A DNA stretch of 43,036 bases from a virus, in IMG/VR virus record IMGVR_UViG_3300018476_000007, positions 1 to 43,036 of that record. The stretch is one strand, 5' to 3'. The notes under the pieces are model-generated. The model was not told where the DNA came from. It ran no database searches and was given only the letters and a program-made list of their open reading frames with translations. Position numbers and translations under genes: made by a program. This document shows positions 26,673 through 34,649 of the stretch, one piece after another. Each line of letters opens with the position of its first letter. Position 1 is the first letter of the stretch.

Positions 26673-28854
26673 TTGATACTCCTTCAGGACTTTCAGCGCC
26701 TGGTACTGGTTTTGGTTCTTCTTCTTGTTTAGCAGAGGTATTACCAGAACCTTCTGCTTCTAAGTGTTTTTTCATATGTACTTCAATAGCTTCATATCCA
26801 GCTGGATTAGTTTTCTTAAGCATCATACCTGTAGCGGATACTAGGAATGATCTACATACCTCAGCTTCAATCTTATTATCATCAATAGCAGGATTAATAT
26901 CTACAGGAACTCCAGCTAATAGATCTGCAAACTCTGCATATTGCTTGCTTCTATCATCCGCATTTGGAACAAAGAAATCGGGCGCTCCGAGAGCTTTGGT
27001 AATGAGAGGAATGTTATTAGGATGAAACATTGCTTCCTTAATGAAATCATCATTAAGAGTAAGCAATTGAATTACTACATCCTTCAACTGCGCTGGAGTC
27101 TGTGGAAGTTCTTCATCAGAATCAGCTTCAACACTTCCAATCATTCCATTAAGATCTGCCTGAGTAATCCAGTTATTAACGAATCCTGTAGAAGTTTTCT
27201 CTACAATCTTCTCATCCTGTAAAGATGTTCTCAGTGCATGAATCTCAAGTGGAACTGCCTTAGACATTACTCCGGCCCAGAAATACTTTTCGATATTCCA
27301 AGTAAGTCCTAGGCGTTGAAGAGCCATAGCTCTAGACTCAGAGTATTCTCTAGCAGTTTTACTTCCACTAGTAGCCGGTCCACCGTAAATAGATGGAAAG
27401 GATGCAGATACAAATTGTCCTTTTTCATCAAGCCTTCTAAGGAAGAGATCAGACTCTTCACTCATAGTAGCAGTCTTGATAGAATGAAAGGCACTAGCTA
27501 ATCCCTGCCCATCAATAGGCTTAGTTGCTGGATATAACATTCCGGGCTTAGCTCTAGATTCTCCATACTTCTTGAAGTCTAGAACAGTGCCATCAACGAA
27601 TGTCTCAGGGATTGCATGTTCAAATGTTTCAATCTGAAGATCCATTACCTCATTGCTTAGATCTTGAATAGGAGCAAGAGGCTTACCCAAGGGATCTGCA
27701 TGAATGTAAGTGCTTAATGGATTCTTAGATATTTCCCAATGATCGTCAAGTTTCTCGTTATTAATCTCTACGAGTTGCTCATCAATGAACACTGCATAGA
27801 TTCCATCTGGGTACTTATCCTTAAGCTTCTTAACTTCCTCTTCCTTACCGTCGATGATGTTATATGCCCAAGGTCTAAACCACCAGCACTCTACTGTAAC
27901 CAGATTCTTATTGTTAACTTCAACTCCAATATATCTTTCATCAGAGTCTGAGTCAACTCTCTTATTAATTCCCTTCTTAGCTAGCTTAGGATATAGATCC
28001 TTTACAGCAGCATAGTGTTGCTCGAACTTAAGGTATAGGTAAGGACAAAGCTCTTGACTTCTTGCATAGATTGGAAGATGGACGAATAAAGGACTGAAGA
28101 TCTCTATGATTGTCCGGGACTTAGATTCAATAGTAGATCCAATTACTTCAGGATAAGTCTCTTCATACTCTTCAATAGTAGGAGTTCCAACATATCCACA
28201 TACTGGACATTCTAACTCTTCCTCACTTACCTTACCTTTTTCCTTCTTGAATACCACATCCATGATATTGTTGCCGCATTCAGCACAATTCAATAGAGTA
28301 GTATATTGGATAGCATCTTCCTTAGCATACTTGGGAAGAGCATAGGTTCCAAACTTAGAATCTTTCTTACTATATACATAAGCACAAACTGTTCCCTGAT
28401 TGAATAGAATCATCAAGGTCTTAATCAGCAACAATTGTGCTTGATTCTGTTTCTCAAGCCGGGTCTTAATCTTAGTGCAAGCTCTAGCAGTCGTAACATC
28501 TTCTTCTACATCAGCATCAGCAGGATAGAAGAATGCTGAAGGAATCTTAACTGATAGAGCAGCAACAATAGATTCTGCGTGCGCTCGATATGTGTTGACT
28601 ACTTTATCGTAGTGCCTATTAGTTTCGGCCGTATCGCTATCATCAACCGAGCGCCAGTCTTTTGCTACAGCGTTCCAATAGATACGCTGAATGCCATTAA
28701 AGTAATTCTCAAGTTTAGACCAAAGAGCTACCTTATGATCTCTATCGAATCTATCTTCCCGTTCATACTCGTCCCTAATATTCTCGACAAGATCCAGCAA
28801 TTCATCTGGAATCTTTACTAGATTATCGTCTGAGTACTTCTTAGATCTTGCCAT
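26647..28854 (-). CDS. Portal protein (735 aa) with an inserted CxxC...CxxC zinc ribbon
   Basis: Size and position upstream of the scaffold and capsid genes. The insertion reads CAECGNNIMDV...(25 aa)...CPVCGYVG. Confidence 0.7.
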   Translation of the reverse strand: MARSKKYSDDNLVKIPDELLDLVENIRDEYEREDRFDRDHKVALWSKLENYFNGIQRIYWNAVAKDWRSVDDSDTAETNRHYDKVVNTYRAHAESIVAALSVKIPSAFFYPADADVEEDVTTARACTKIKTRLEKQNQAQLLLIKTLMILFNQGTVCAYVYSKKDSKFGTYALPKYAKEDAIQYTTLLNCAECGNNIMDVVFKKEKGKVSEEELECPVCGYVGTPTIEEYEETYPEVIGSTIESKSRTIIEIFSPLFVHLPIYARSQELCPYLYLKFEQHYAAVKDLYPKLAKKGINKRVDSDSDERYIGVEVNNKNLVTVECWWFRPWAYNIIDGKEEEVKKLKDKYPDGIYAVFIDEQLVEINNEKLDDHWEISKNPLSTYIHADPLGKPLAPIQDLSNEVMDLQIETFEHAIPETFVDGTVLDFKKYGESRAKPGMLYPATKPIDGQGLASAFHSIKTATMSEESDLFLRRLDEKGQFVSASFPSIYGGPATSGSKTAREYSESRAMALQRLGLTWNIEKYFWAGVMSKAVPLEIHALRTSLQDEKIVEKTSTGFVNNWITQADLNGMIGSVEADSDEELPQTPAQLKDVVIQLLTLNDDFIKEAMFHPNNIPLITKALGAPDFFVPNADDRSKQYAEFADLLAGVPVDINPAIDDNKIEAEVCRSFLVSATGMMLKKTNPAGYEAIEVHMKKHLEAEGSGNTSAKQEEEPKPVPGAESPEGVSNVAQFPAR

Positions 28855-29060
28855 TAGTCTACTTCAAAGGGAATGATATTATCAGGATCGGCCCCAATCA
28901 TTCTAATTTTAGATTCAATCTCATTCAATCTACTTTGAACAAGTGGAGAATCAGCAGGACTAATTCCCTTGCCTACCATCATCAATCTAATCAACTTAAT
29001 CTCTTCTGCCAGATCAAAATTGATATTATGTAGATGTTCTATATCAACAGATTTAAACAT
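28854..29060 (-). CDS. Hypothetical protein (68 aa)
   Basis: Its stop overlaps the portal ATG by 1 nt (TAATG). Confidence 0.65.
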   Translation of the reverse strand: MFKSVDIEHLHNINFDLAEEIKLIRLMMVGKGISPADSPLVQSRLNEIESKIRMIGADPDNIIPFEVD

Positions 29061-29108
29061 GATTGGTTCGGGAAGGATACCCTGATACCCTTCCCTTTCC
29101 TTTTTGAA

Positions 29109-29831
29109 TTAAGCTACCTTAGTATTAGTCCTGAGCTGTTTCTCGATCTCAGTAAGTCTTTCCTTATCCTTAGCATCAAGGCTATCCTTCTTAAGCATAT
29201 CCTTGAGTTCATCAGCTATAAGGCCAGTGTTAACAACATAGCCCATACCAAGAACACCCTGAGTAGCTTTAAGGATTTCGTTTCCTTCTCGGTTAGGCTG
29301 AGGATTAGGACCAGAAGTCTTTTCAAGTTCTTCGTTAATATCTTCGATAGTCCTCTGTGCCCTAACAGATTTATCTCCTGAGAGTCTACCACCCTGAGTA
29401 AGATCAACATTACCAGGTACTCCAGTTAGATTCTGGGTAAAGTTAACCGGAGCAGAGCTAACAGCACCGCTATTCTTAACTTTAGCAGTTTCCTCTTCAC
29501 TAATAGAACTAACGAGAACGGTCCTACCATCCTCCTTAAATTCTGTTTCGTGATTACCTTCTGCTAGCTTATCTGATTCTTCCTGAGTAATAGAGCTAAG
29601 ACTACCAGCACCACCAAGCCTACCAATAAGCTTGTCTCTATTCCTAGCATCTTCCTGTTTCTTTTCTTCTTCAGTCTTAGTTCCACCTTCGTTTTTACCA
29701 GTCTCTACTTTGCCACCAAGATTACGACCTTCTTCAGGTCGATTAGGTGCATTCTGTCCTGAAGGATTAGAACCACGGGGATCAATTGCCATTCTGTCCT
29801 CACTTTTAGCTTTAGGTTTTTCGACCATCAC
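29109..29831 (-). CDS. Low-complexity, probably disordered protein (240 aa; likely start ATG 29828)
   Basis: Gly/Asn/Glu/Lys/Pro-rich N-terminal half. GTG at 29831 or ATG at 29828. Confidence 0.6.
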   Translation of the reverse strand: MMVEKPKAKSEDRMAIDPRGSNPSGQNAPNRPEEGRNLGGKVETGKNEGGTKTEEEKKQEDARNRDKLIGRLGGAGSLSSITQEESDKLAEGNHETEFKEDGRTVLVSSISEEETAKVKNSGAVSSAPVNFTQNLTGVPGNVDLTQGGRLSGDKSVRAQRTIEDINEELEKTSGPNPQPNREGNEILKATQGVLGMGYVVNTGLIADELKDMLKKDSLDAKDKERLTEIEKQLRTNTKVA

Positions 29832-29974
29832 AATTTACCTTTAGAGAACATAGACTTAGGCTTTGGCTTCTTAAGGAACTTACTAATAGGATCCTTCTCA
29901 GGTGCTCCTATACCTTTATTACCTTGACCTAATACTACTATCAGATCAAGTTGTTTCTTATTCTTCGGTTGCAT
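29828..29974 (-). CDS. Candidate 48-aa basic ORF, below the track cutoff
   Basis: MQPKNKKQLDLIVVLGQGNKGIGAPEKDPISKFLKKPKPKSMFSKGKL. It fills the 126-nt gap, and its TGA overlaps the next ATG (TGATG). The SD is weak. Confidence 0.3.
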   Translation of the reverse strand: MQPKNKKQLDLIVVLGQGNKGIGAPEKDPISKFLKKPKPKSMFSKGKL

Positions 29975-30242
29975 CTTCGTTAACTCTTGCAGCCTGTGCT
30001 CTTGATTCAGACTCTAGATCTCTAATCCTAGTTCTAAGAGGAGTAATACCACCTATAGGATTTACTTCGCCTACTTTAATATCATTCCTAATCTCTTCAA
30101 AGATTCCGAGTCTCTTCAATAACATTCGGTTAGTCTGACGTTCTTCTCTAATCAGATCATGCAGTCTTTGTACTTCATCTGATAGAAAAGTATTAATTCT
30201 TTCTAGATGATTAATGACGTCTTGCTGCGTGCCTTCTAACAC
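29958..30242 (-). CDS. Coiled-coil protein (94 aa from GTG 30242; the track gives a 140-aa version reaching 30380)
   Basis: The long version would overlap the terminase by 170 nt. GTG 30242 is preceded by AAGGAAAGGAAA and overlaps the terminase by only 32 nt. Confidence 0.5.
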   Translation of the reverse strand: MLEGTQQDVINHLERINTFLSDEVQRLHDLIREERQTNRMLLKRLGIFEEIRNDIKVGEVNPIGGITPLRTRIRDLESESRAQAARVNEDATEE

Positions 30243-31890
30243 CGAAGGTTTCCTTTCCTTGCCCTTGTTCAAGAAACTCCATCCGGCGATAGAATCTATT
30301 AGTGTCATGCGTAGTCTCAAATTCTTGAATAATATTCTGAGTCTTCTGTCTTCTAGCAAGTTCCTCGCCGAGCATTCCATTCATATAACGCTGAGCAAAC
30401 TTACAGAGATAACGAAGACAATCAATAGGATCATCTCCATCAAACTCTTTAATATCCTCAGTCTTGTTATCATCATAGATAACACTTGGAATAGTCTCTA
30501 CCAATAAAGGGGCGATCGTTTCTAACGTACTACTAGGTGAGGACAATATTTGGAGCTTAGGAATATTAGTTTCCTCAGCATACTCTCTAAAAGTATTCAT
30601 ATACTTCTGTAAAGCTTCCTCACCAAACTTTCGATAGATCATCTCTGCTTTACTATGATCGTATAATTCAGTAGGATCTTGTCTGGGTTTTTGTTCCCAC
30701 CTAAGGAAATCTTGTAGGACTTGTAATGTTGCAACTCTAGAACCTGCTGTGTTTTCTGATGGGATTGGGGTAAGCTTAGAATATCTTTTAACTTCAGCCG
30801 CAATAGTTCCTTGTCCCCTATCTTGCCATCCAGAGCCGCATAATACGAACTGGACGATATGCTCATACTCACTGATCTGTCCTACTTCAGTTGCCCAGAA
30901 TGCGATATCTTTATTTTTCCACCATCTTTCACGATAAATATATACCCTATTGTCCGGGCTAATGGCCGCCCATAACGCGTAACAAATAGCTCTCTTCCCC
31001 CAATCAAGAATAAGTAATCTGGGCCACCATTCAGGTATCTCAAAATATTTACAGACATGAAGTGCATTGTCTGGCTCATCTGGGAATCTGAATGGTCTAA
31101 ATGTTGTAAATACTGATCCCTCATATGCGTGCCAGTCACCATACTTCTTAGCTCTCTTCTCTGCTTCTGGTAGAATCTCTAGTTTCTGTAAGTAATCCGG
31201 ATCATATTGCATCCCATAAGGATTATCCTGCGGTAAGCAGGGAATATACATTCTTCGTAGTCCGGTGACTTTATCTCTGATAAGTTTATAACCAGATTCA
31301 CAAGGTCGCACGAATCTGTTGTAAGTAAATGTTTGACCAATTCCTCCTGGATTGCTTCCATTCCTAACGATTGCAACGTTGAAAGTACTCGATGGTCTAA
31401 CACGAGAGCCAACGAAATATCTATACATTGGTTCTTCAAAGTGTGTCAACTCATCGAAAGCACAGTAATTATACTGGGCGGTATCGTAAGCTTTAACGTC
31501 CTTAAGATGTTGGATGTGACTAAAGTCAAAATAACTTCCATACTCTTTCCATTCCCATGAGTGCTTGTTCTCATTGTATCGCGCTCCGGTTAAAGGAAAG
31601 TATTCCTTAGATAATCTAATAACTTCCTTCTCTAGATCCGTTAACTCTCTTCTTAGCAGGATTCCTTTAAAACCTCGGTACTTATAAAATCCTCTTAACA
31701 AGGGAAGTAACGTTAAGATAAATGATTTTCCTCCATAAGCCGCTCCTCCATAAAGACCTTCGTAAACTGTATCAGGCATTTCTAGAAAATCTTTCTGCCT
31801 GAGATGGGGTTCAATCTTTCTTATAAGATCCTCTGCGGGATCTCGGAATTGTACTATAGGGAACTCTGATATAAGAGGATTGACGCTCAC
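30211..31890 (-). CDS. terL: Terminase large subunit
   Basis: Walker A YGGAAYGGKS, Walker B CAFDELTHF, and a C-terminal nuclease-type region (LILDWGK...). Size 559 aa. Confidence 0.85.
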   Translation of the reverse strand: MSVNPLISEFPIVQFRDPAEDLIRKIEPHLRQKDFLEMPDTVYEGLYGGAAYGGKSFILTLLPLLRGFYKYRGFKGILLRRELTDLEKEVIRLSKEYFPLTGARYNENKHSWEWKEYGSYFDFSHIQHLKDVKAYDTAQYNYCAFDELTHFEEPMYRYFVGSRVRPSSTFNVAIVRNGSNPGGIGQTFTYNRFVRPCESGYKLIRDKVTGLRRMYIPCLPQDNPYGMQYDPDYLQKLEILPEAEKRAKKYGDWHAYEGSVFTTFRPFRFPDEPDNALHVCKYFEIPEWWPRLLILDWGKRAICYALWAAISPDNRVYIYRERWWKNKDIAFWATEVGQISEYEHIVQFVLCGSGWQDRGQGTIAAEVKRYSKLTPIPSENTAGSRVATLQVLQDFLRWEQKPRQDPTELYDHSKAEMIYRKFGEEALQKYMNTFREYAEETNIPKLQILSSPSSTLETIAPLLVETIPSVIYDDNKTEDIKEFDGDDPIDCLRYLCKFAQRYMNGMLGEELARRQKTQNIIQEFETTHDTNRFYRRMEFLEQGQGKETFGVRRHAARRH

Positions 31891-32126
31891 TTCTTTTCCA
31901 TACCTAGATAATCTTTAAGAGTAACTCTAGTTCCATCTTCGAGTACCCTAATAAACTTAGCTCCGGTAGTTCCAGATCCATCTGTTAAAGTTAGATCGAG
32001 GAATGATTCCCCATCATCTGACACTTTTACCGATCCATTTGACGTAACCATGCAAGCTCTCGCAGGTAGAGCATATAGCATGTTACGAATCAGTTCGTAT
32101 GTAACTCCTACCGATAGTAGAGTCAT
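31887..32126 (-). CDS. Hypothetical protein (79 aa)
   Basis: Four-nt overlaps at both ends: GTGA (TerL GTG start over this gene's TGA stop) and ATGA (this gene's ATG over the upstream gene's stop). Confidence 0.65.
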   Translation of the reverse strand: MTLLSVGVTYELIRNMLYALPARACMVTSNGSVKVSDDGESFLDLTLTDGSGTTGAKFIRVLEDGTRVTLKDYLGMEKK

Positions 32127-32269
32127 GGCAGTGAAAAAGGAGGTATAAGAAATGCTAGCGTTACCAACGCCAATCCGAGCGCCGTCATGTTTATTTTCCC
32201 GGTGGCTATGCTAAATGCACTGAGAATAAAACAAGCCAATGCGAGAACGAGTAGAATTAATCTAATCAT
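32123..32269 (-). CDS. Small membrane protein (48 aa, two predicted TM segments), below the track cutoff
   Basis: MIRLILLVLALACFILSAFSIATGKINMTALGLALVTLAFLIPPFSLP. Its stop overlaps the next ATG (ATGA). Confidence 0.5.
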   Translation of the reverse strand: MIRLILLVLALACFILSAFSIATGKINMTALGLALVTLAFLIPPFSLP

Positions 32270-32366
32270 TTCTCTTCTCGTTAAATTGTAAATGGGAATG
32301 AAGTTCTAGAAGAGGATTGTCAATCGACAGACTATTAAACGAACCTAAGATCATGATTAAATCAAA

Positions 32367-32867
32367 TCAAGCATCAATCACGTCGTAATCCTTCTCTACC
32401 TTCTGCGTCGGACTATATAAATGTAAATGCACTGTAGGCTTATCCGATCCGTTCTTATTATCTGTACTAAGTTTCTCTATTACTTGACTCAATCCAGTCA
32501 TGATGGCTATCTTATCCCGTTCCTTCTCTACCATATTAGGATCGAGAAGATTCAAGGTATCCATCAATTTAGTAATCGCCATGTCTTGGATGTTATTCCG
32601 CTTACTGAGAATACTAATCCTCGTATCCTCACTAACATCCTCACCCTTAGCATACTGTGCCGCATTAGTCTTACCAATACCATTAATCTCAGCAGATCTC
32701 CTTGCCGTAGATTCAATGGTATCAATAGCAGCTATCTCTTTTCTAAGTTCACTAATCTCAGGCCGATCAGTCTTACCCGTATTAGGTGTGATGACAATAC
32801 CTTTGTCTTCCGTTTCATCAACGGGCCTAATCTCAATTAGTTCAGTATCATCTAGGAATATATTCAT
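32367..32867 (-). CDS. First gene of the - arm (166 aa); small-terminase candidate by position only
   Basis: Lies upstream of terL and has a suitable size. No motif recognised. Confidence 0.35.
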   Translation of the reverse strand: MNIFLDDTELIEIRPVDETEDKGIVITPNTGKTDRPEISELRKEIAAIDTIESTARRSAEINGIGKTNAAQYAKGEDVSEDTRISILSKRNNIQDMAITKLMDTLNLLDPNMVEKERDKIAIMTGLSQVIEKLSTDNKNGSDKPTVHLHLYSPTQKVEKDYDVIDA

Positions 32868-33022
32868 AGTAGTTTTTAAGGACTAGAATCAGTTCCCTAT
32901 AATAAGATCTTCTAAGTAGAAAATCAAATTGTTCACACGTTAATTGACCAAAGAACTCGCCCACTTCTCTAACACTATAATATTAATCTTCCACCCTTAA
33001 GACCTACACCTCGACTAAAGAA

Positions 33023-33051
33023 AGTATAACACAGTCCGAACCGTTTGTCAA
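33023..33051 (-). promoter_or_regulatory. sigma70-type promoter facing the - arm (TTGACA-N17-TATACT with an extended TGT)
   Basis: The reverse complement of 33021-33055 reads ccggTTGACAaacggttcggactgtgtTATACTtt. It lies about 150 nt upstream of the ATG at 32867. Confidence 0.6.
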
Positions 33052-33118
33052 CCGGCCCAAATTTCGACCAATTCGATGCACTCAGTTCTCTAATTTTTAA
33101 AATTCCCTAAATTTTTTT

Positions 33119-33153
33119 ATTAGGTACTTATCCTAAAATCATTAGGTACTTAT
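33119..33153. repeat. 13-bp direct repeat ATTAGGTACTTAT x2 (period 22 bp) next to an A/T tract
   Basis: Copies at 33119-33131 and 33141-33153. Preceded by taatttttaaaattccctaaattttttt. Confidence 0.8.
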
Positions 33154-33191
33154 ATTTTTAGGACACTTAAGCTTGGGGTTAGTTTCACCTC

Positions 33192-33207
33192 CGCAAATAT
33201 TGTGCCA
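33192..33207 (-). promoter_or_regulatory. sigma54-type -24/-12 element facing left: TGGCACAATATTTGCG
   Basis: Exact TGGCAC-N5-TTGC with GG-N10-GC spacing on the - strand. Confidence 0.45.
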
Positions 33208-33237
33208 TGTAAAATTTCTGTAAAGGGCATATGGGGG

Positions 33238-33507
33238 TGGCATTATTATTGCATTAGCATGATTCATGCCAGATAATCGTGTAAGTATTATACAGCGCAT
33301 AAATCATGCCATATAAAAACCGTGTAAAAAATACAGGTATGATCCTTGCATTAGCATAGTTCGTGCCATAATATTGGTATGATCTATGCCGTATAAGAAT
33401 ACTGATTAAAGTCTTGGCATGTTCTATGTGGGATTAGATTAGTTGTAAGCTTTACAAGAATTGTAAGAGTTACAAGTAAGATTTACAAATATGCATAATT
33501 CGTGCCA
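33238..33507. repeat. Array of 16-nt TGGCAYGnnnnWTGC motifs in both orientations
   Basis: Minus-strand copies: 33256-33271 TGGCATGAATCATGCT; 33296-33311 TGGCATGATTTATGCG; 33353-33368 TGGCACGAACTATGCT; 33492-33507 TGGCACGAATTATGCA. Plus-strand copies: 33238-33253 TGGCATTATTATTGCA; 33335-33350 AGGTATGATCCTTGCA; 33375-33390 TGGTATGATCTATGCC; 33415-33430 TGGCATGTTCTATGTG. Further copies lie at 33624-33639 and 34483-34498. Confidence 0.85.
33443..33476. repeat. Two tandem 16-bp near-palindromes TTGTAAGnnTTACAAG (period 18 bp); operator-like
   Basis: ttgtaagctttacaag at 33443-33458 and ttgtaagagttacaag at 33461-33476. TTGTAA and TTACAA are reverse complements of each other. Confidence 0.75.
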
Positions 33508-33689
33508 TATCATATTCTTAGATTGTTAGACTTTCTTCTAGTATTCTCAGTATTCTTAGAAGGATCATAGTAGGGCATATAACCTAACTCCTTTAGAATC
33601 AACAACTTACGAGATTTATAAGTTGGCATATAGTATGTATTAGTATAGGATTGCGTAGCTTACCTGCTACCAGGGAGCCAAACCTAATT

Positions 33690-33705
33690 TGGCACGGCGG
33701 TTGCT
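33690..33705 (+). promoter_or_regulatory. Canonical sigma54-type -24/-12 element facing right: TGGCACGGCGGTTGCT
   Basis: Matches TGGCACG-N4-TTGCW exactly. The predicted start is near 33716, at the 5' edge of the hairpin-dense segment. Confidence 0.5.
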
Positions 33706-33715
33706 ATAGTATAGG

Positions 33716-34280
33716 CTACGGGAGGAATGAAACGATAGAGTAAAAACTACACGATTCGAGGTCACGTTTAATGAGTGTATGACCTTGTATCCACAGCGTT
33801 TCGGCGCAGGCCACGATTTACTCGTGTGTTAGTGAGATACTAAATAGACTCTGGCGTTCAACATCCGCGCATATGATTATGCGACAGGTTGCGAGGTAGA
33901 TAATTCTACAGAATCTCAAAGCCGTGCAAAATCTGAAAATGCTTTCGAGCATAATGGTAAGCGGATGATATCAATAGGATGGTTCTTACAAAATCATCCG
34001 AGTGCCAAGGGGGAGTTAGTCTCCCATCCTATACATGCACGGCGATGCAGAAACAGTATGCAAGATAACACTGCTATAGCTGATAAGGAATTAGGGTGGA
34101 AGTAGTGATTAGGCGAAAGCTTATAACTCTCAATACACTATAAATACAAAAGATTTGACAGAGCCTAAATTGTGCGGGCAAGAGTGAGCGCATTAGGTTC
34201 TATCAAATATCATTCTAATCGAATTATGCTTCTCACCATTGAGAGGGATATTCGATAAGGGCTAAGCGATTAATTTCCTT
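33716..34280 (+). ncRNA. Candidate large structured RNA or structured leader (unclassified)
   Basis: No ORF of 60 aa or more. Hairpins whose loops are special only on the + strand: AUGCU-UUCG-AGCAU at 33939-33952 and UAGGC-GAAA-GCUUA at 34110-34123. Other hairpins: CGCAUA-UGAU-UAUGCG at 33868-33883; GUAGA/UCUAC at 33896-33909; GGGAG/CUCCC at 34011-34025. An 8-bp stem pairs 33962-33969 with 33993-34000. Its loop UAGGAUGG (33975-33982) is complementary to CCAUCCUA (34024-34031). Boundaries are approximate. Confidence 0.35.
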
Positions 34281-34296
34281 ATAAGGAGTTAATCCC

Positions 34297-34479
34297 ATGA
34301 AAGAATACAGAGTTAACATTGAGTTCGATACGATGAATGATAATGCTGCACTTCGTTCTATGATGTTGATTGTAAACGCAACATCAGTGCCGCATGCGAC
34401 AATCTGCGCTGAAAGACTTGTTAGAAGTATTCTCACTGTTTGGCCTGAGATTAAGTATCTCAGTGCTTCTCAGCGTTAA
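34297..34479 (+). CDS. First ORF of the + arm (60 aa)
   Basis: AAGGAG SD 9 nt upstream. No motif recognised. Confidence 0.6.
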   Translation: MKEYRVNIEFDTMNDNAALRSMMLIVNATSVPHATICAERLVRSILTVWPEIKYLSASQR

Positions 34480-34559
34480 TATTGGCATAGGCGTTGAGTT
34501 TGACCTCATTCCCCCGTCACTGACCAACCAAAAAATCGCTAGCCTTTGTCGAATATCCC

Positions 34560-34588
34560 TTGACATGGGGTATTCATTGTGATACAAT
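34560..34588 (+). promoter_or_regulatory. Consensus sigma70 promoter TTGACA-N17-TACAAT with an extended -10 (TGA)
   Basis: ccctTTGACAtggggtattcattgtgaTACAATc, about 60 nt upstream of the ATG at 34650. Confidence 0.7.
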
Positions 34589-34649
34589 CTTTTCATCGGG
34601 TTAGGAATTCACCGAGCCGATAAACTGACTGTAAAATGAGGGATACGAT

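Noticed and set aside
33192-33705. Possibility that the repeated TGGCA motif array is a CRISPR array
   Set aside because: The repeats are only 16 nt, degenerate, in both orientations and irregularly spaced (centre-to-centre 18-139 bp). No cas genes are present apart from a stand-alone Cas4-like nuclease in a recombination module.
34155-34185. TTGACA at 34155 as an additional sigma70 promoter inside the ncRNA candidate
   Set aside because: There is no acceptable -10 hexamer at 16-19 nt. The sequence at 17 nt is GCAAGA.
33600-34296. A protein gene hidden by stop-codon reassignment (TAG or TGA recoding) in the ORF-free region
   Set aside because: TAA, TAG and TGA all recur within short distances across the region, so no single reassignment opens a long ORF. 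All other genes read cleanly in the standard code.
33700-34300. tRNA, tmRNA or RNase P RNA in the non-coding regions (also 3389-3784)
   Set aside because: I found no cloverleaf with a GTTCRANYC T-loop and matching acceptor stem, no GGGGCUG...CCACCA tmRNA ends, and no GAGGAAAGUCC P4-type signature. This was a by-eye search only.
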